DNA of 64,000 bases from Butyrivibrio sp. (GCA_017620235.1 JAFZQT010000033.1:42114-106113); one strand, 5' to 3'; positions 8,874 through 18,786 are shown, numbered from the stretch's first letter. The notes: generated by a model not told the origin, from the sequence alone. Translations and numbers: made by a program.

Positions 8874-11357
8874 ATGGGAAAAAGACGATTTACCGGGAGA
8901 GTATTAAGTTGTTTTCTTGTATCTGTGCTTTTAGTTACATCGTTAAGTGGATGCGGCAAGAAAAAGAGTGGCGTTTCATTAGAAGATGCTAAAAAGATTG
9001 ATAAGAATTGTATTTTCAAACAGGAAGAACTTGAGGGAATTATTGAGAGTGGCGAAGAAGTATCTGTAATCGATCATGTCGGCGACAAGATCAGAATGAT
9101 CGCTCAGACAGAAAAGGGAAAGAGCAGATATATTACCTTTAATCCTGATGGTTCGGATGTTCAGGCAGTTAATCTCGGAGGCGAAAAGGGCTTTTATGTC
9201 TATGATTGCGCGTTCGATAAAGATGGAAATGCCTATATGCAGTGTTATGAAGGCGATAGAGATTCAATGTACGTAACTGATGATTCTGATGATACAGCTG
9301 ATGCTGCTTCTTCAGATGCTTCTTCATCGGATGCGGCTACAGCAGATGCTTCCAAATCAGATGCAGTTACAGCAGATGCTTCTACAACGGAAGCTTCTAC
9401 AGCAGATGCTTCGGCGGAGGAATCCAAGTCTTCCGAAGATGCCGGGGCTGAGGATGGCGCAGCAGACGAAGGCAAATCATATTTTGTAAAGCTTGATCCT
9501 ACAGGTAAGGAACTGGCTAAAGTTGATCTTGCACAGTTTGAGCCAAAGGAAGGTGAGAACGAAGAAGATGGGTTCTATATCTATAGTCTTGCTTGGACTG
9601 AAAAATATGGAATTGTTTGTCTTACACCCGGTGGAATTCAGACTTTTGATGAAAATAAAGGACCTTCAATGTTATTCGAAAAAAAGGCTATCGGTGATGA
9701 GGTATGGCTGAATGGTATGGCGAAGATTTCAGATACTCAGATGTTGCTTACCTATTATGATGATTCAGATGATGGTGGCGAAATCCATGCAATAGTCGAT
9801 CTTGACAGTAAAAAGCTTGGACAGAAACTTGAAGGTTTTGGAAAGTATGAGCAGTATGATTTCTTTTCAGGCGATGGCGCTAATTTATATGCGTCAAATG
9901 AAAATGGAATTTATAAATATGATCTTAAGACTTCCAAACTTGTAAAATTGCTTGATTTCAGAGATTCAAATATCGGTACCGGTAGTTGGATGTGGTTTAA
10001 GACTACTGCAGTCAGTGAAACAGAGTTTATTGCATGTCTTCCTATAGATTCTGGTTTTAATAGTACGAATTATGAGTTTGTAAGACTTACCAAAGTTAAT
10101 CCTGAAGATGTACCGGATAAGACTATCATTACTTTGAGTTCCCAGTGGCTTGATCAAACTGTTGGAAGTGAGATCATGAAATTCAACAGATCAAGTGATA
10201 AGTATATGATCAAGATTATTGACTATAGCGTTTTATATCCGGATGATTGGGAGGAAGCTCGAAAGCAGTTCAATCTCGATATTACTTCAGGAAAAGCTGC
10301 TGACATTATTAATGTTACCGGAAATGAAGCGGCGCTTAAGAAATATGTGGATAAGGGAATCTTGCTTGATCTTACACCTGCATTTGAAAAGGGTGGACCT
10401 CTCGGAGATATTGAGTTTATTCCAAATGTTGCCGAGATGATGAAGGTTGACGGAAAATTTTACACATTTATGCCTTCATTTGATGTTGATACGTGCTCAG
10501 TAAAAACAAAATTTCTTAATGGAAAAACAACTCTGACTTATAAGGATTGGGATGATATTATAAAGAGTCAGGGAGCTACATATGATCTTGCATTTGGAAC
10601 ATATAATACGAAGGAATCTTTAGCTCAATATATGTGGACATATTATGGAGATAAGTTTGTTGATTGGCAGAATAAAAAGTGTAATTTCAATGATCCTGAG
10701 TTTATTGAGTTTTTGAATTTTGTAAATAAATTCCCTTCGGAAGAAGCTAAGAACGAAGATGAAGAAGGCAATAACATTTCTGATGATGAGTATGTTCAGC
10801 AGGATAAAATATTGTTCTATCGTACATGGTTGAGTAGCCCGTATCGTTATGCAGAATATAAACAGGGAGTATTTAAAGAGGATTTCGAATTTGTAGGTTT
10901 CCCCAACAACGCAGGGGATCATTTGGCATCGATTAGCGGTACTTCATTTGCTATTAATAGTAAAACAGAGCATAAGGACGTTATCTATGATCTGATCAAG
11001 AATATTTTATTGGCAGAAAATGATGATTCTATGTATGGTGGATTTTCTCCTGTAAAATCTAAATTTGATGCTTCATTTGAAGCTACCACAAAAGAAAGAA
11101 GCGATGATGATTATTCTGCATACTATTGGGATCAGGCTAAGCAAAAAGAAGTTAAGATGAAACCTTTGACTCAGGAAGAGGCTCAGAAGGTTAAGGACTA
11201 TGTTCTTGCTATAAAGACTTTGGACTGTTCTGATGAAGAAGTGAGCAAGATTGTTCAAGAGGAAACTGGAGCATTCTTTAGCGGTCAGAAGTCTGCCGAG
11301 TAGGTTGCAGAAGTAATACAGAACAGAGTTACAACATATCTAAATGAAAATAGCTAA
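8874..11357 (+). CDS. Large lipoprotein: N-terminal repeat domain plus C-terminal family-1-like solute-binding domain, with an in-frame TAG at 11301-11303
   Basis: Lipobox LSGC; DITSGKAADII, LLDLTP, FVGFPN motifs. After the TAG the frame continues VAEVIQNRVTTYLNENS-TAA, matching the C-terminus of the next paralog. Confidence 0.8.
9292..9420 (+). repeat. Degenerate 15-bp coding tandem repeat (xxDAS-like pentapeptide linker)
   Basis: Recurrent ACAGCAGATGCTTC / TCAGATGC units encoding ADAASSDASSSDAATADASKSDAVTADASTTEASTADAS. Confidence 0.7.
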
Positions 11358-11372
11358 GATTTAAAGCCATTT

Positions 11373-11410
11373 TTTTGCATCATAGGAGGAACCATTCCTA
11401 TGATGCAAAA
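11373..11410. other. Intergenic stem-loop between lipoprotein genes 1 and 2
   Basis: Perfect 15-bp inverted repeat TTTTGCATCATAGGA / TCCTATGATGCAAAA with no U-tract directly after it. Confidence 0.6.
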
Positions 11411-11442
11411 TTGTTTAAGAGAGAAAAGGGAAAGAAACTTAA

Positions 11443-13851
11443 ATGAGGAAAGAGAAATTTATTAAGCAGGTAATTGGCAGTAGCCTAGCCTTTATATTGT
11501 GCCTGACTTCTTTGACTGGATGCGGTAAAAAAAATACAGCGGTTTCATTGGAAGAAGCCAAGAAAATTGATAAGAATTGCATTTTTAAACAGGAAGAGTA
11601 TGAAGGGATAGTTGAAAAAAAAGAAACTGTAGTTATTCTTGAGCGCGTAGGCGACAAGATCAAAGCGGTTACTCAGACAGAAAAAGGAAAGCTCAGATGC
11701 GTATCATTTAATCCGGACGGTTCCGATGTTCAGTCATATGATATCGGTCCGGGAAAGAATTGTTATGTTTCATGCGGTGCCTTTGATAATGCAGGAAATG
11801 CGTATTTGCAGTTATCTGAGGTGACGGGATCATTACCTTCCACTTTAGATGCGTCAGATACGGCATCTACAGACGATTCCACTTCAGAAGCTTCAGAGGC
11901 GGCATCTGCAGAGGATTCCACTTCAGAAGCTTCAGCTTCAGAGGCTGATGATAATTCTGATGTTGATGGTTTGGTTGAAGCAAAAGAATATCTTGTAAAG
12001 CTTGACCCCAGTGGTAAAGAGCTTTTTAGACAAGATTTTTCCCAAACGGATTCAAAAGAAGGTGGAGAAGGTGGTTCTCCGATTTATGAGATGACATGGA
12101 CAGAGAAATGTGGACTTGTATGCCTTACATCAAGCGGATTGCAGACTTTTGATGAGAATAGCGGTTTGAAGATGCTTATTGAACAAAAGACATTGGGCGA
12201 CTCAATATATATCAACAGTCTTGTAAAGGTGACTGATAATAAAGTACTGGTAACATACTATGATGAGGTAAATTGGGAAGCGGGAGATCAGTATGTGATA
12301 ATTGATCTTGAAAATAATAAACCCGGAAAGCCTCTTGAAGGATTTAATAAAAATACGCAGTACAATTTCTTTCCGGGCGATGAAACCAATTTATATGTAT
12401 CAGCTGATAACGGAATGTTTAAGTATGACATGAAGTCTTCCAAACTTGTGAAAATACTTGATTTCAGAGATTCAAGTATTGGTTCGGGTGGTTCGATGAC
12501 ATGGATCGACGCTGCTGCTGTAAGTGAGACAGAATTTGTTACAAGTATTCCGGATGATAGAACCGGTTCATCAACACTTGTAAGGCTTACAAAAGTAAAA
12601 CCTGAAGATGTAGTAGATAAGACTGTACTTACACTGATGACAAAGTGTCTCGATTCGAATATTGGAGATGCTATCATGAAATTCAACAGGTCAAATGATA
12701 AGTACAGTATAAAAATAATAGATTACAATGAAATGTATCCGGATGATTGGGAAATGGGAGAACAGCAGTTTAATCTTGATCTTACATCCGGTAAAGCGGC
12801 GGATATTATTGATGTTAGCGGAAATGAAGCTTCGCTGAGAAAATATGTAGATAAGGGAATTTTGCTTGATCTTACGTCTGCATTTGATAATGGCGGACCG
12901 CTTAGTGATATAGAGTTACTTCCCAATATAGCTGAGATGATGAAGGTTAATGGAAAAATGTACACGTTTATGCCTTCATTTAATGTTCAAACATGTGCAG
13001 TGAAAGCAAAGTATGCCAACGGCAAAAACTCTTTGACATTTAAGGAGTGGGAGGATCTTATTAGCAGCAAAGGTGTAAGCTATTCCAATGCATTTGGCTA
13101 TTACAATAATAAGAACTATCTGATCGATTCGATCTGGTTATATTACGGTGATAAGTTTGTTGATTGGAAAAACAAGAAATGTAATTTTAAGGATCCTGAG
13201 TTTATTGAACTTCTTAATTTTATAAATAGATTTCCTGATGAGGAAGAAGAGAACAGAGACGATTCAGGTAATTTTATTGATCCTGATGCATTTTATGTAG
13301 AGGATAAGGCATTATTTTATTCTTCGTTTATGTATAATGTAAATCAATATACAAGACTTAAACAGCTTACGTTTAAAGATGATATCGAGCTTATCGGTTT
13401 CCCAAATAACAGTGGCGAGAATCTGGCAGCTCTCAACGGCACTACATTTGCAGTAAACAGTAAGACTGAACATAAAGATATCATTTATGATTTTATTAAG
13501 AGTGTTTTAGTTGAAGAAGTGGATTCATGGGGTGGATTTTCTACGATAAAATCTAATTTCGAAGCACAGCTGCAGGATGCCGGCAAAGAAAAGAGCGATG
13601 ATGACGATGAAGCTTATGAGTGGGATCCTGTGAATGAGAAAAGAGTAAAGCTTAAACCTTTGTCTCAGGAGGAAATTCAGACGCTCAAAGATTATATACT
13701 TGGCATTAAGACATATGCTTGCGCTGATGTAGAGGTAAGCAAGATCGTTACTGAAGAGACGCAGGCTTTCTTTGCAGGACAGAAGTCGGCAGAAGAAGTC
13801 GCAGACATAATTCAGAACAGAGTTAACGTATACATTAATGAGAATAGCTGA
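11443..13851 (+). CDS. Large solute-binding lipoprotein, paralog 2
   Basis: Lipobox LTGC. Colinear with and highly similar to 8874-11357 (AKKIDKNCIFKQEE, SGKAADII, QKSAEEVADIIQNRV). Confidence 0.85.
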   Translation: MRKEKFIKQVIGSSLAFILCLTSLTGCGKKNTAVSLEEAKKIDKNCIFKQEEYEGIVEKKETVVILERVGDKIKAVTQTEKGKLRCVSFNPDGSDVQSYDIGPGKNCYVSCGAFDNAGNAYLQLSEVTGSLPSTLDASDTASTDDSTSEASEAASAEDSTSEASASEADDNSDVDGLVEAKEYLVKLDPSGKELFRQDFSQTDSKEGGEGGSPIYEMTWTEKCGLVCLTSSGLQTFDENSGLKMLIEQKTLGDSIYINSLVKVTDNKVLVTYYDEVNWEAGDQYVIIDLENNKPGKPLEGFNKNTQYNFFPGDETNLYVSADNGMFKYDMKSSKLVKILDFRDSSIGSGGSMTWIDAAAVSETEFVTSIPDDRTGSSTLVRLTKVKPEDVVDKTVLTLMTKCLDSNIGDAIMKFNRSNDKYSIKIIDYNEMYPDDWEMGEQQFNLDLTSGKAADIIDVSGNEASLRKYVDKGILLDLTSAFDNGGPLSDIELLPNIAEMMKVNGKMYTFMPSFNVQTCAVKAKYANGKNSLTFKEWEDLISSKGVSYSNAFGYYNNKNYLIDSIWLYYGDKFVDWKNKKCNFKDPEFIELLNFINRFPDEEEENRDDSGNFIDPDAFYVEDKALFYSSFMYNVNQYTRLKQLTFKDDIELIGFPNNSGENLAALNGTTFAVNSKTEHKDIIYDFIKSVLVEEVDSWGGFSTIKSNFEAQLQDAGKEKSDDDDEAYEWDPVNEKRVKLKPLSQEEIQTLKDYILGIKTYACADVEVSKIVTEETQAFFAGQKSAEEVADIIQNRVNVYINENS

Positions 13852-13855
13852 TTTT

Positions 13856-13890
13856 ATAGGAGGGTGCCGGTTATTTCAGCATCCTCCTAT
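13856..13890. other. Intergenic stem-loop between lipoprotein genes 2 and 3
   Basis: ATAGGAGGGTGC ... GCATCCTCCTAT inverted repeat. Confidence 0.55.
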
Positions 13891-13923
13891 GCTATAATAG
13901 GGTTCAAAAGTGGAGAAATGCGT

Positions 13924-15081
13924 ATGAGAAAAGAAAAAATATCAAAAAAAGTTGTAACAGGCATCCTTGCAACAGCTCTGTGTGCAACAGTCTTTTCGGG
14001 ATGTGGAAATAAAGCGTCTGACAACGTCACTGTATTGAAAGAAGGTGTACCGCAGCAGACGAACAATTGCATCTTTAAAGAGGAAAAACTTGAGGGTATA
14101 ACTGAAAAAGGCGAATATCTGGAGTTTTTTGATTATCAAGGCGGCAGGGTAATTTCTGTCACGCATAAGGATGACGGAAAACGCAGATGTGTTTCTTTTA
14201 AACCTGATGGATCGGATGTAAAATCTTTTGACATTCCGGGTGACGGAAACAGCATGTCGGCACTGTACGCTGCGGACAAGGACGGAAATCTCTATATGCA
14301 ATATCAGAAATATGCGTTGGAGGAAAATGCCGACAATAAAGAAGAGGAAGGCGTAGCACATGCAGGAGATGACGACGGAAGTCCGGAGTCACCCGCTGAG
14401 GCAGATGATGCTTCAAGTGCAGGAAATTCTGCACCTGCAACCGATGAAGGATCTGAAGATGTTTCTTATAAGGTGAGTCAGGCTGCTCTTGTAAAGTATG
14501 ATAATACCGGAAAAGAAGTTGTAAATACGAGTATTATGAATGCGTTTACAAGTCAGGAGAACTTTAGTGTGAACGGTATTGTCTGGACTCAGAAGTATGG
14601 TCTTTTGTTCAATACAACTAAAGGAATCATGAAATTCGAGGATAGCGGCGATCTTAGCATGCTTATGGAATGTGCTGATTTCGGTGATTCATATGAAGGT
14701 TATTGTACGTTCTTTAAGGGATCTGATGATCAGCTTTTTGCATCGATTTACAGGGCTGATGAAGAAGGATATAAGTGTTATCAGGTCGATCTTGACGGCA
14801 AGAAACTCAGTGATCCGCTCAATGTGTTCAAGGGAACATATTATGATTTCTTCTCAGGTGAAGGATATGATTTCTTTGCAGCAGATACCGAAGCGCTTTA
14901 CGGTTATGACAGCAAGTCGGGTGAAGCTGTGAAGGTGGTTGATTTCGAAGGATCGGGCTTAAGTCCTGATGTTGCCGGAATAGTGTTAAATCACGCCGTA
15001 GTTGTCAGTGATTCAGAAATTATTGCAGATATGCCGGGCGGATCGCAATATACAGCAAACATCTGCAAACTCAAGAAATGA
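13924..15081 (+). CDS. Lipoprotein paralog 3, N-terminal domain only
   Basis: Lipobox FSGC; NCIFKEEKLEG, RCVSFKPDGSDV and YDFFSGEG match the N-halves of paralogs 1 and 2. It ends where their solute-binding domain begins. ATG 13924 follows GGAG. Confidence 0.75.
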   Translation: MRKEKISKKVVTGILATALCATVFSGCGNKASDNVTVLKEGVPQQTNNCIFKEEKLEGITEKGEYLEFFDYQGGRVISVTHKDDGKRRCVSFKPDGSDVKSFDIPGDGNSMSALYAADKDGNLYMQYQKYALEENADNKEEEGVAHAGDDDGSPESPAEADDASSAGNSAPATDEGSEDVSYKVSQAALVKYDNTGKEVVNTSIMNAFTSQENFSVNGIVWTQKYGLLFNTTKGIMKFEDSGDLSMLMECADFGDSYEGYCTFFKGSDDQLFASIYRADEEGYKCYQVDLDGKKLSDPLNVFKGTYYDFFSGEGYDFFAADTEALYGYDSKSGEAVKVVDFEGSGLSPDVAGIVLNHAVVVSDSEIIADMPGGSQYTANICKLKK

Positions 15082-15197
15082 GTCACTATAAAATGTGAAG
15101 GGTAGTTTGTAATTTAGTTAATATTATCTTTTTGAGTTAATATTAATGAGTTTTTTCTCTCTGAATGGTATAATACGTTTTGGAGGAAAAAAGAAAG

Positions 15198-15488
15198 ATG
15201 GATGATAAGAAGATTATGAATGAAAATGTACCGTACGTTGTTCATGAGGCAACTTTGTCAAGACTTGAAAGAGGCAACAGAAGAATGTTGATCGCGCTTG
15301 CAATTTGCGTGGTCGTAATGCTATTAAATAATATTGCTTGGTTTGTACATGAGGAGCACATTGCGAATCCTGATAAGTACGCTAAGCAGGAGAAGGTCAA
15401 AGATGATGACGATTCTCAGAATGAAGATAATTATGATGATTATTATAACGAGGATGACCGCGATGGAAGAGGCGGCAGAGGTCACTGA
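15198..15488 (+). CDS. Small single-pass membrane protein, hypothetical
   Basis: GGAGG RBS, one TM segment (MLIALAICVVVMLLNNIAWF) and an acidic tail. It has its own extended -10 (TGGTATAAT 15166-15174) and a downstream hairpin. Confidence 0.65.
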   Translation: MDDKKIMNENVPYVVHEATLSRLERGNRRMLIALAICVVVMLLNNIAWFVHEEHIANPDKYAKQEKVKDDDDSQNEDNYDDYYNEDDRDGRGGRGH

Positions 15489-15512
15489 TCATATTTGATT
15501 CATTAAATAATT

Positions 15513-15552
15513 GGGCTCATAGATTTAAATCTATGGGCCTATTTCTTTCTTT
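15513..15552 (+). terminator. Probable intrinsic terminator
   Basis: GGGCTCATAGAT / ATCTATGGGCCT stem followed by a T-rich tail. Confidence 0.55.
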
Positions 15553-15641
15553 CATTCCAAATAAAATATGGTATAATTTCAAGTGTATTGTTGGAAATGT
15601 GTGACAATTGACAATTTCATATCGAAAAGGGGAGAAAATTT

Positions 15642-16127
15642 ATGACAGACAAAGTAAAATCAGTTACAAGTAAAGGCAAAGGTCTTGCAAATGAATTCCG
15701 TGAATTTATTATGCGCGGCAATGTTCTTGACATGGCAGTCGGTGTTATCATCGGCGGAGCTTTCCAGAAGATAATCTCATCTCTTGTTGATGACATTATC
15801 ATGCCGGTAATCAGTATTATCACCGGTGGTATTGATTTTAACAACATGTTTGTTTGTCTTGACGGTAACACATACGTTACTCTTGAAGCAGCAAAAGAAG
15901 CAGGAGCTGTAACTCTTAACTACGGAACATTTATTACTGTTGTTATCAATTTCCTTTTGATGGCGATCGTAATCTTTGCACTTGTAAAGGTTATGAATTC
16001 AGTAAGTGCCAAGTTTGAAAAAGAGAAGGCAGAGGAGCCTGCTACAACTAAGATTTGCCCTCGCTGCAAATCTGAGATCAACATTGAGGCAACAAGATGC
16101 CCTCATTGTACTTCTGAATTAAACTGA
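15642..16127 (+). CDS. mscL: Large-conductance mechanosensitive channel with C-terminal zinc ribbon
   Basis: EFREFIMRGNVLDMAVGVIIGGAF and NYGTFITVVINFL; tail CPRC...CPHC. Confidence 0.93.
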   Translation: MTDKVKSVTSKGKGLANEFREFIMRGNVLDMAVGVIIGGAFQKIISSLVDDIIMPVISIITGGIDFNNMFVCLDGNTYVTLEAAKEAGAVTLNYGTFITVVINFLLMAIVIFALVKVMNSVSAKFEKEKAEEPATTKICPRCKSEINIEATRCPHCTSELN

Positions 16128-16148
16128 TATAATTATTATGTTATATTT

Positions 16149-16180
16149 AAAAAGCAGCATTATGTATGCTGCTTTTTTTT
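16149..16180 (+). terminator. Intrinsic terminator after mscL
   Basis: AAAAAGCAGCAT-TATGT-ATGCTGCTTTTTTTT. Confidence 0.8.
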
Positions 16181-16204
16181 AAGAGAAAAATTAAGGATGA
16201 TTTT

Positions 16205-17674
16205 ATGGCAAAAGTAATCATGGTTCAGGGAACTATGTCAGGGGCTGGAAAGAGCCTTCTGGTAGCCGGACTGTGCAGAATATTCAGGCAGGATGGTTAT
16301 GTGGCAGCTCCCTTTAAATCACAGAATATGGCGCTCAATTCCTTTATAACAAAGGAAGGACTTGAGATGGGAAGAGCACAGGTTATGCAGGCAGAGTGCG
16401 CAGGCATTGAACCTTTGGTCTGCATGAATCCTATTCTTTTGAAACCTACAAGTGACGTGGGTTCCCAAGTCATAGTAAACGGCGAAGTTATAGGAAATAT
16501 GAGTGCCCGTGAGTACTTTGCTTATAAGAAAAAACTTGTACCTGATATTATAAAAGCATTTAAACAGCTCTCGGAAAAAGCGGATATCATTGTGATAGAT
16601 GGCGCGGGAAGTCCCGCAGAGATCAATCTCAAAGAAAATGATATTGTAAATATGGGCATGGCTGAGATGGTGGATGCGCCTGTTTTACTTGTCGGAGATA
16701 TCGACCGTGGCGGAGTTTTTGCACAGCTCTACGGAACTACCATGCTTCTTGAAGATTCCGAGAGAGACAGAATTAAAGGTTTTGTCATCAACAAATTTAG
16801 GGGCGATGTAAGTTTGCTTGATTCCGGTATTGATATGATAACGGAGAAAACAGGCATAAAGACTGCGGGTGTTATTCCCTATATGAACATCAAGGTTGAT
16901 GATGAGGATTCACTCACGGATAAGTTTAATGACAAAGCTCTTTTTAATGAGAGTGGAAACGCGGCGGATATCGCTGTTATAAGGTATCCGAGGATTTCTA
17001 ATTTTACTGATTTTAACTGCTTTGATGCGCTTGAAAATGCGCAGGTTAGATATGTTGACTCGGTCTATGACCTTGGTGATCCCGACATTATCTTTTTACC
17101 CGGAAGTAAGAATACTATAGCCGATCTTAAATGGCTCAGAGAATCGGGACTTGAAGCGGCAATTAAACGATATTCGATGAAGAAGCCTGTCTTTGGAATC
17201 TGCGGAGGCTTCCAGATGCTTGGAAGAACAATTGTCGATCCGTCAGGTGTTGAGAGCGGAACGGGCTCTGCGATAAGAGGAATGGAGCTTCTTGATATGG
17301 ATACGGAGATCCGAGAAGAAAAGACGCGAAAACAGGTCGAGGATAAGATCTCTTTTCCTAAGGGAGTGTTTGAAAATATTAAAGATGTGGAGATCTTGGG
17401 CTATGAGATTCACATGGGCGAGAGCGTTGGTACAGATGACGGTCGCGATCTCGTTGTAAGTAACGGAAAGAATGTCTATGGAAGTTATGTTCACGGACTT
17501 TTTGATAAAGGAAATATCTGTGCGTGTATTTTGAAGGCGCTTGGTAAGGCAGATTCGGAGAAATTTTCTTATGAAGAGTTTAAAGAGCGTCAATATGATA
17601 TACTAGCAGATACAATAAGGCTTAATATGGATATGGATTATGTTTATTCGTGTCTTAAAGAAGCAAATGTATGA
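16205..17674 (+). CDS. cobQ: Cobyric acid synthase
   Basis: [57 protein letters not shown]. Confidence 0.93.
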   Translation: MAKVIMVQGTMSGAGKSLLVAGLCRIFRQDGYVAAPFKSQNMALNSFITKEGLEMGRAQVMQAECAGIEPLVCMNPILLKPTSDVGSQVIVNGEVIGNMSAREYFAYKKKLVPDIIKAFKQLSEKADIIVIDGAGSPAEINLKENDIVNMGMAEMVDAPVLLVGDIDRGGVFAQLYGTTMLLEDSERDRIKGFVINKFRGDVSLLDSGIDMITEKTGIKTAGVIPYMNIKVDDEDSLTDKFNDKALFNESGNAADIAVIRYPRISNFTDFNCFDALENAQVRYVDSVYDLGDPDIIFLPGSKNTIADLKWLRESGLEAAIKRYSMKKPVFGICGGFQMLGRTIVDPSGVESGTGSAIRGMELLDMDTEIREEKTRKQVEDKISFPKGVFENIKDVEILGYEIHMGESVGTDDGRDLVVSNGKNVYGSYVHGLFDKGNICACILKALGKADSEKFSYEEFKERQYDILADTIRLNMDMDYVYSCLKEANV

Positions 17675-17691
17675 TTTTTATGGAGTGATTT

Positions 17692-18780
17692 ATGTCAGAC
17701 AGTGTTTTAAATAAAAAGGCTTTGATAGCTATGAGCGGCGGAGTAGACAGCAGTGTTGCTGCGGCGCTTATCGCAGACAGAGGATATGAGTGCATGGGAT
17801 GTACAATGCGCTTATATGAGAACGATGTTATTGGCGAGGATCTGTTCGGCACATGCTGTAGCTTGAATGATACTCAGGACGCCAGAGCAGTATGTGAGAG
17901 AATCGGAATCCCTTATAACATCTATCACTATGAGGCTGAGTTTAGGGAGAAGGTCATTGAGCCATTTATATGCAGCTACGAAAACGGCGAGACACCGAAT
18001 CCGTGCATCAGATGCAACAGGTATCTTAAGTTCGACAGTCTTTATAATAAGGCAAAAGAGCTTGGCTATGAGTATATTGTTACGGGACACTATGCAAGAA
18101 TCGAGGAGAGGGACGGAAAATACTATCTTTTGAAGGCGAAGGATCCAAACAAGGATCAGAGTTATGTCCTCTACGATCTTACTCAGGAACAGCTTGCGCA
18201 TACGTTTTTCCCTCTCGGTGAATATACGAAGGATGAAGTCAGAGCTATCGCTGAGGAAAAGCAGTTTGTGACATCACATAAAAGCGAGAGTCAGGACATC
18301 TGTTTTGTACCCGACGGCGACTACGCCAAGATGATAAGACGCTACAGAGATAAAGAATATGAAAAAGGCGATTTCGTTGACTTGGAAGGAAATGTTCTCG
18401 GAACACACGAGGGCATTATAAACTACACAATAGGCCAGCGTCGTGGTCTTGGAATTCCGGCAGACAGAAGACTCTACGTTAAGCAGCTTGACGTTAAGAA
18501 CAACAGGGTTATTCTTGCCGATAATAAAGATTTATTTGAAAAAGAGCTGACAATCCGTGACTTCCATTGGATCACAGGTGAAGCACCTCTTGAGCCGACC
18601 CGTTGCAGCGCCAAGATTCGCTACCGCCATAAAGAGCAGCCTGCTACACTTGAAGTCTTGGGTGATGGTAAAGCCAAGATTACTTTTGATGAACCACAGC
18701 GCGCCATCACAGCCGGTCAGTCCGCAGTGTTGTATGACGGAGATGTAGTTCTTGGTGGTGGAATTATTACAAATGATTAA
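17692..18780 (+). CDS. mnmA: tRNA 2-thiouridylase MnmA
   Basis: AMSGGVDSS, TPNPCIRCN, TGHYAR, KDQSY, SQDICF, YTIGQRRGLG, AITAGQ. Confidence 0.96.
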   Translation: MSDSVLNKKALIAMSGGVDSSVAAALIADRGYECMGCTMRLYENDVIGEDLFGTCCSLNDTQDARAVCERIGIPYNIYHYEAEFREKVIEPFICSYENGETPNPCIRCNRYLKFDSLYNKAKELGYEYIVTGHYARIEERDGKYYLLKAKDPNKDQSYVLYDLTQEQLAHTFFPLGEYTKDEVRAIAEEKQFVTSHKSESQDICFVPDGDYAKMIRRYRDKEYEKGDFVDLEGNVLGTHEGIINYTIGQRRGLGIPADRRLYVKQLDVKNNRVILADNKDLFEKELTIRDFHWITGEAPLEPTRCSAKIRYRHKEQPATLEVLGDGKAKITFDEPQRAITAGQSAVLYDGDVVLGGGIITND

Positions 18781-18786
18781 TTATTT

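Noticed and set aside
9292-9420. CRISPR-like array
   Set aside because: The repeats are degenerate, in frame, 15-bp period and lack unique spacers; this is a coding low-complexity linker. No cas genes are present.
11301-11303. Genome-wide TAG reassignment or pyrrolysine decoding
   Set aside because: TAG ends other intact genes at their expected termini (e.g. 31562, 40709, 42651, 58019), and no pyl genes are in the window.
16592-16630. Inactivated CobQ (DGAGSPAE instead of EGAGSPAE)
   Set aside because: The substitution is conservative and all other motifs, including the glutaminase Cys and His, are intact.
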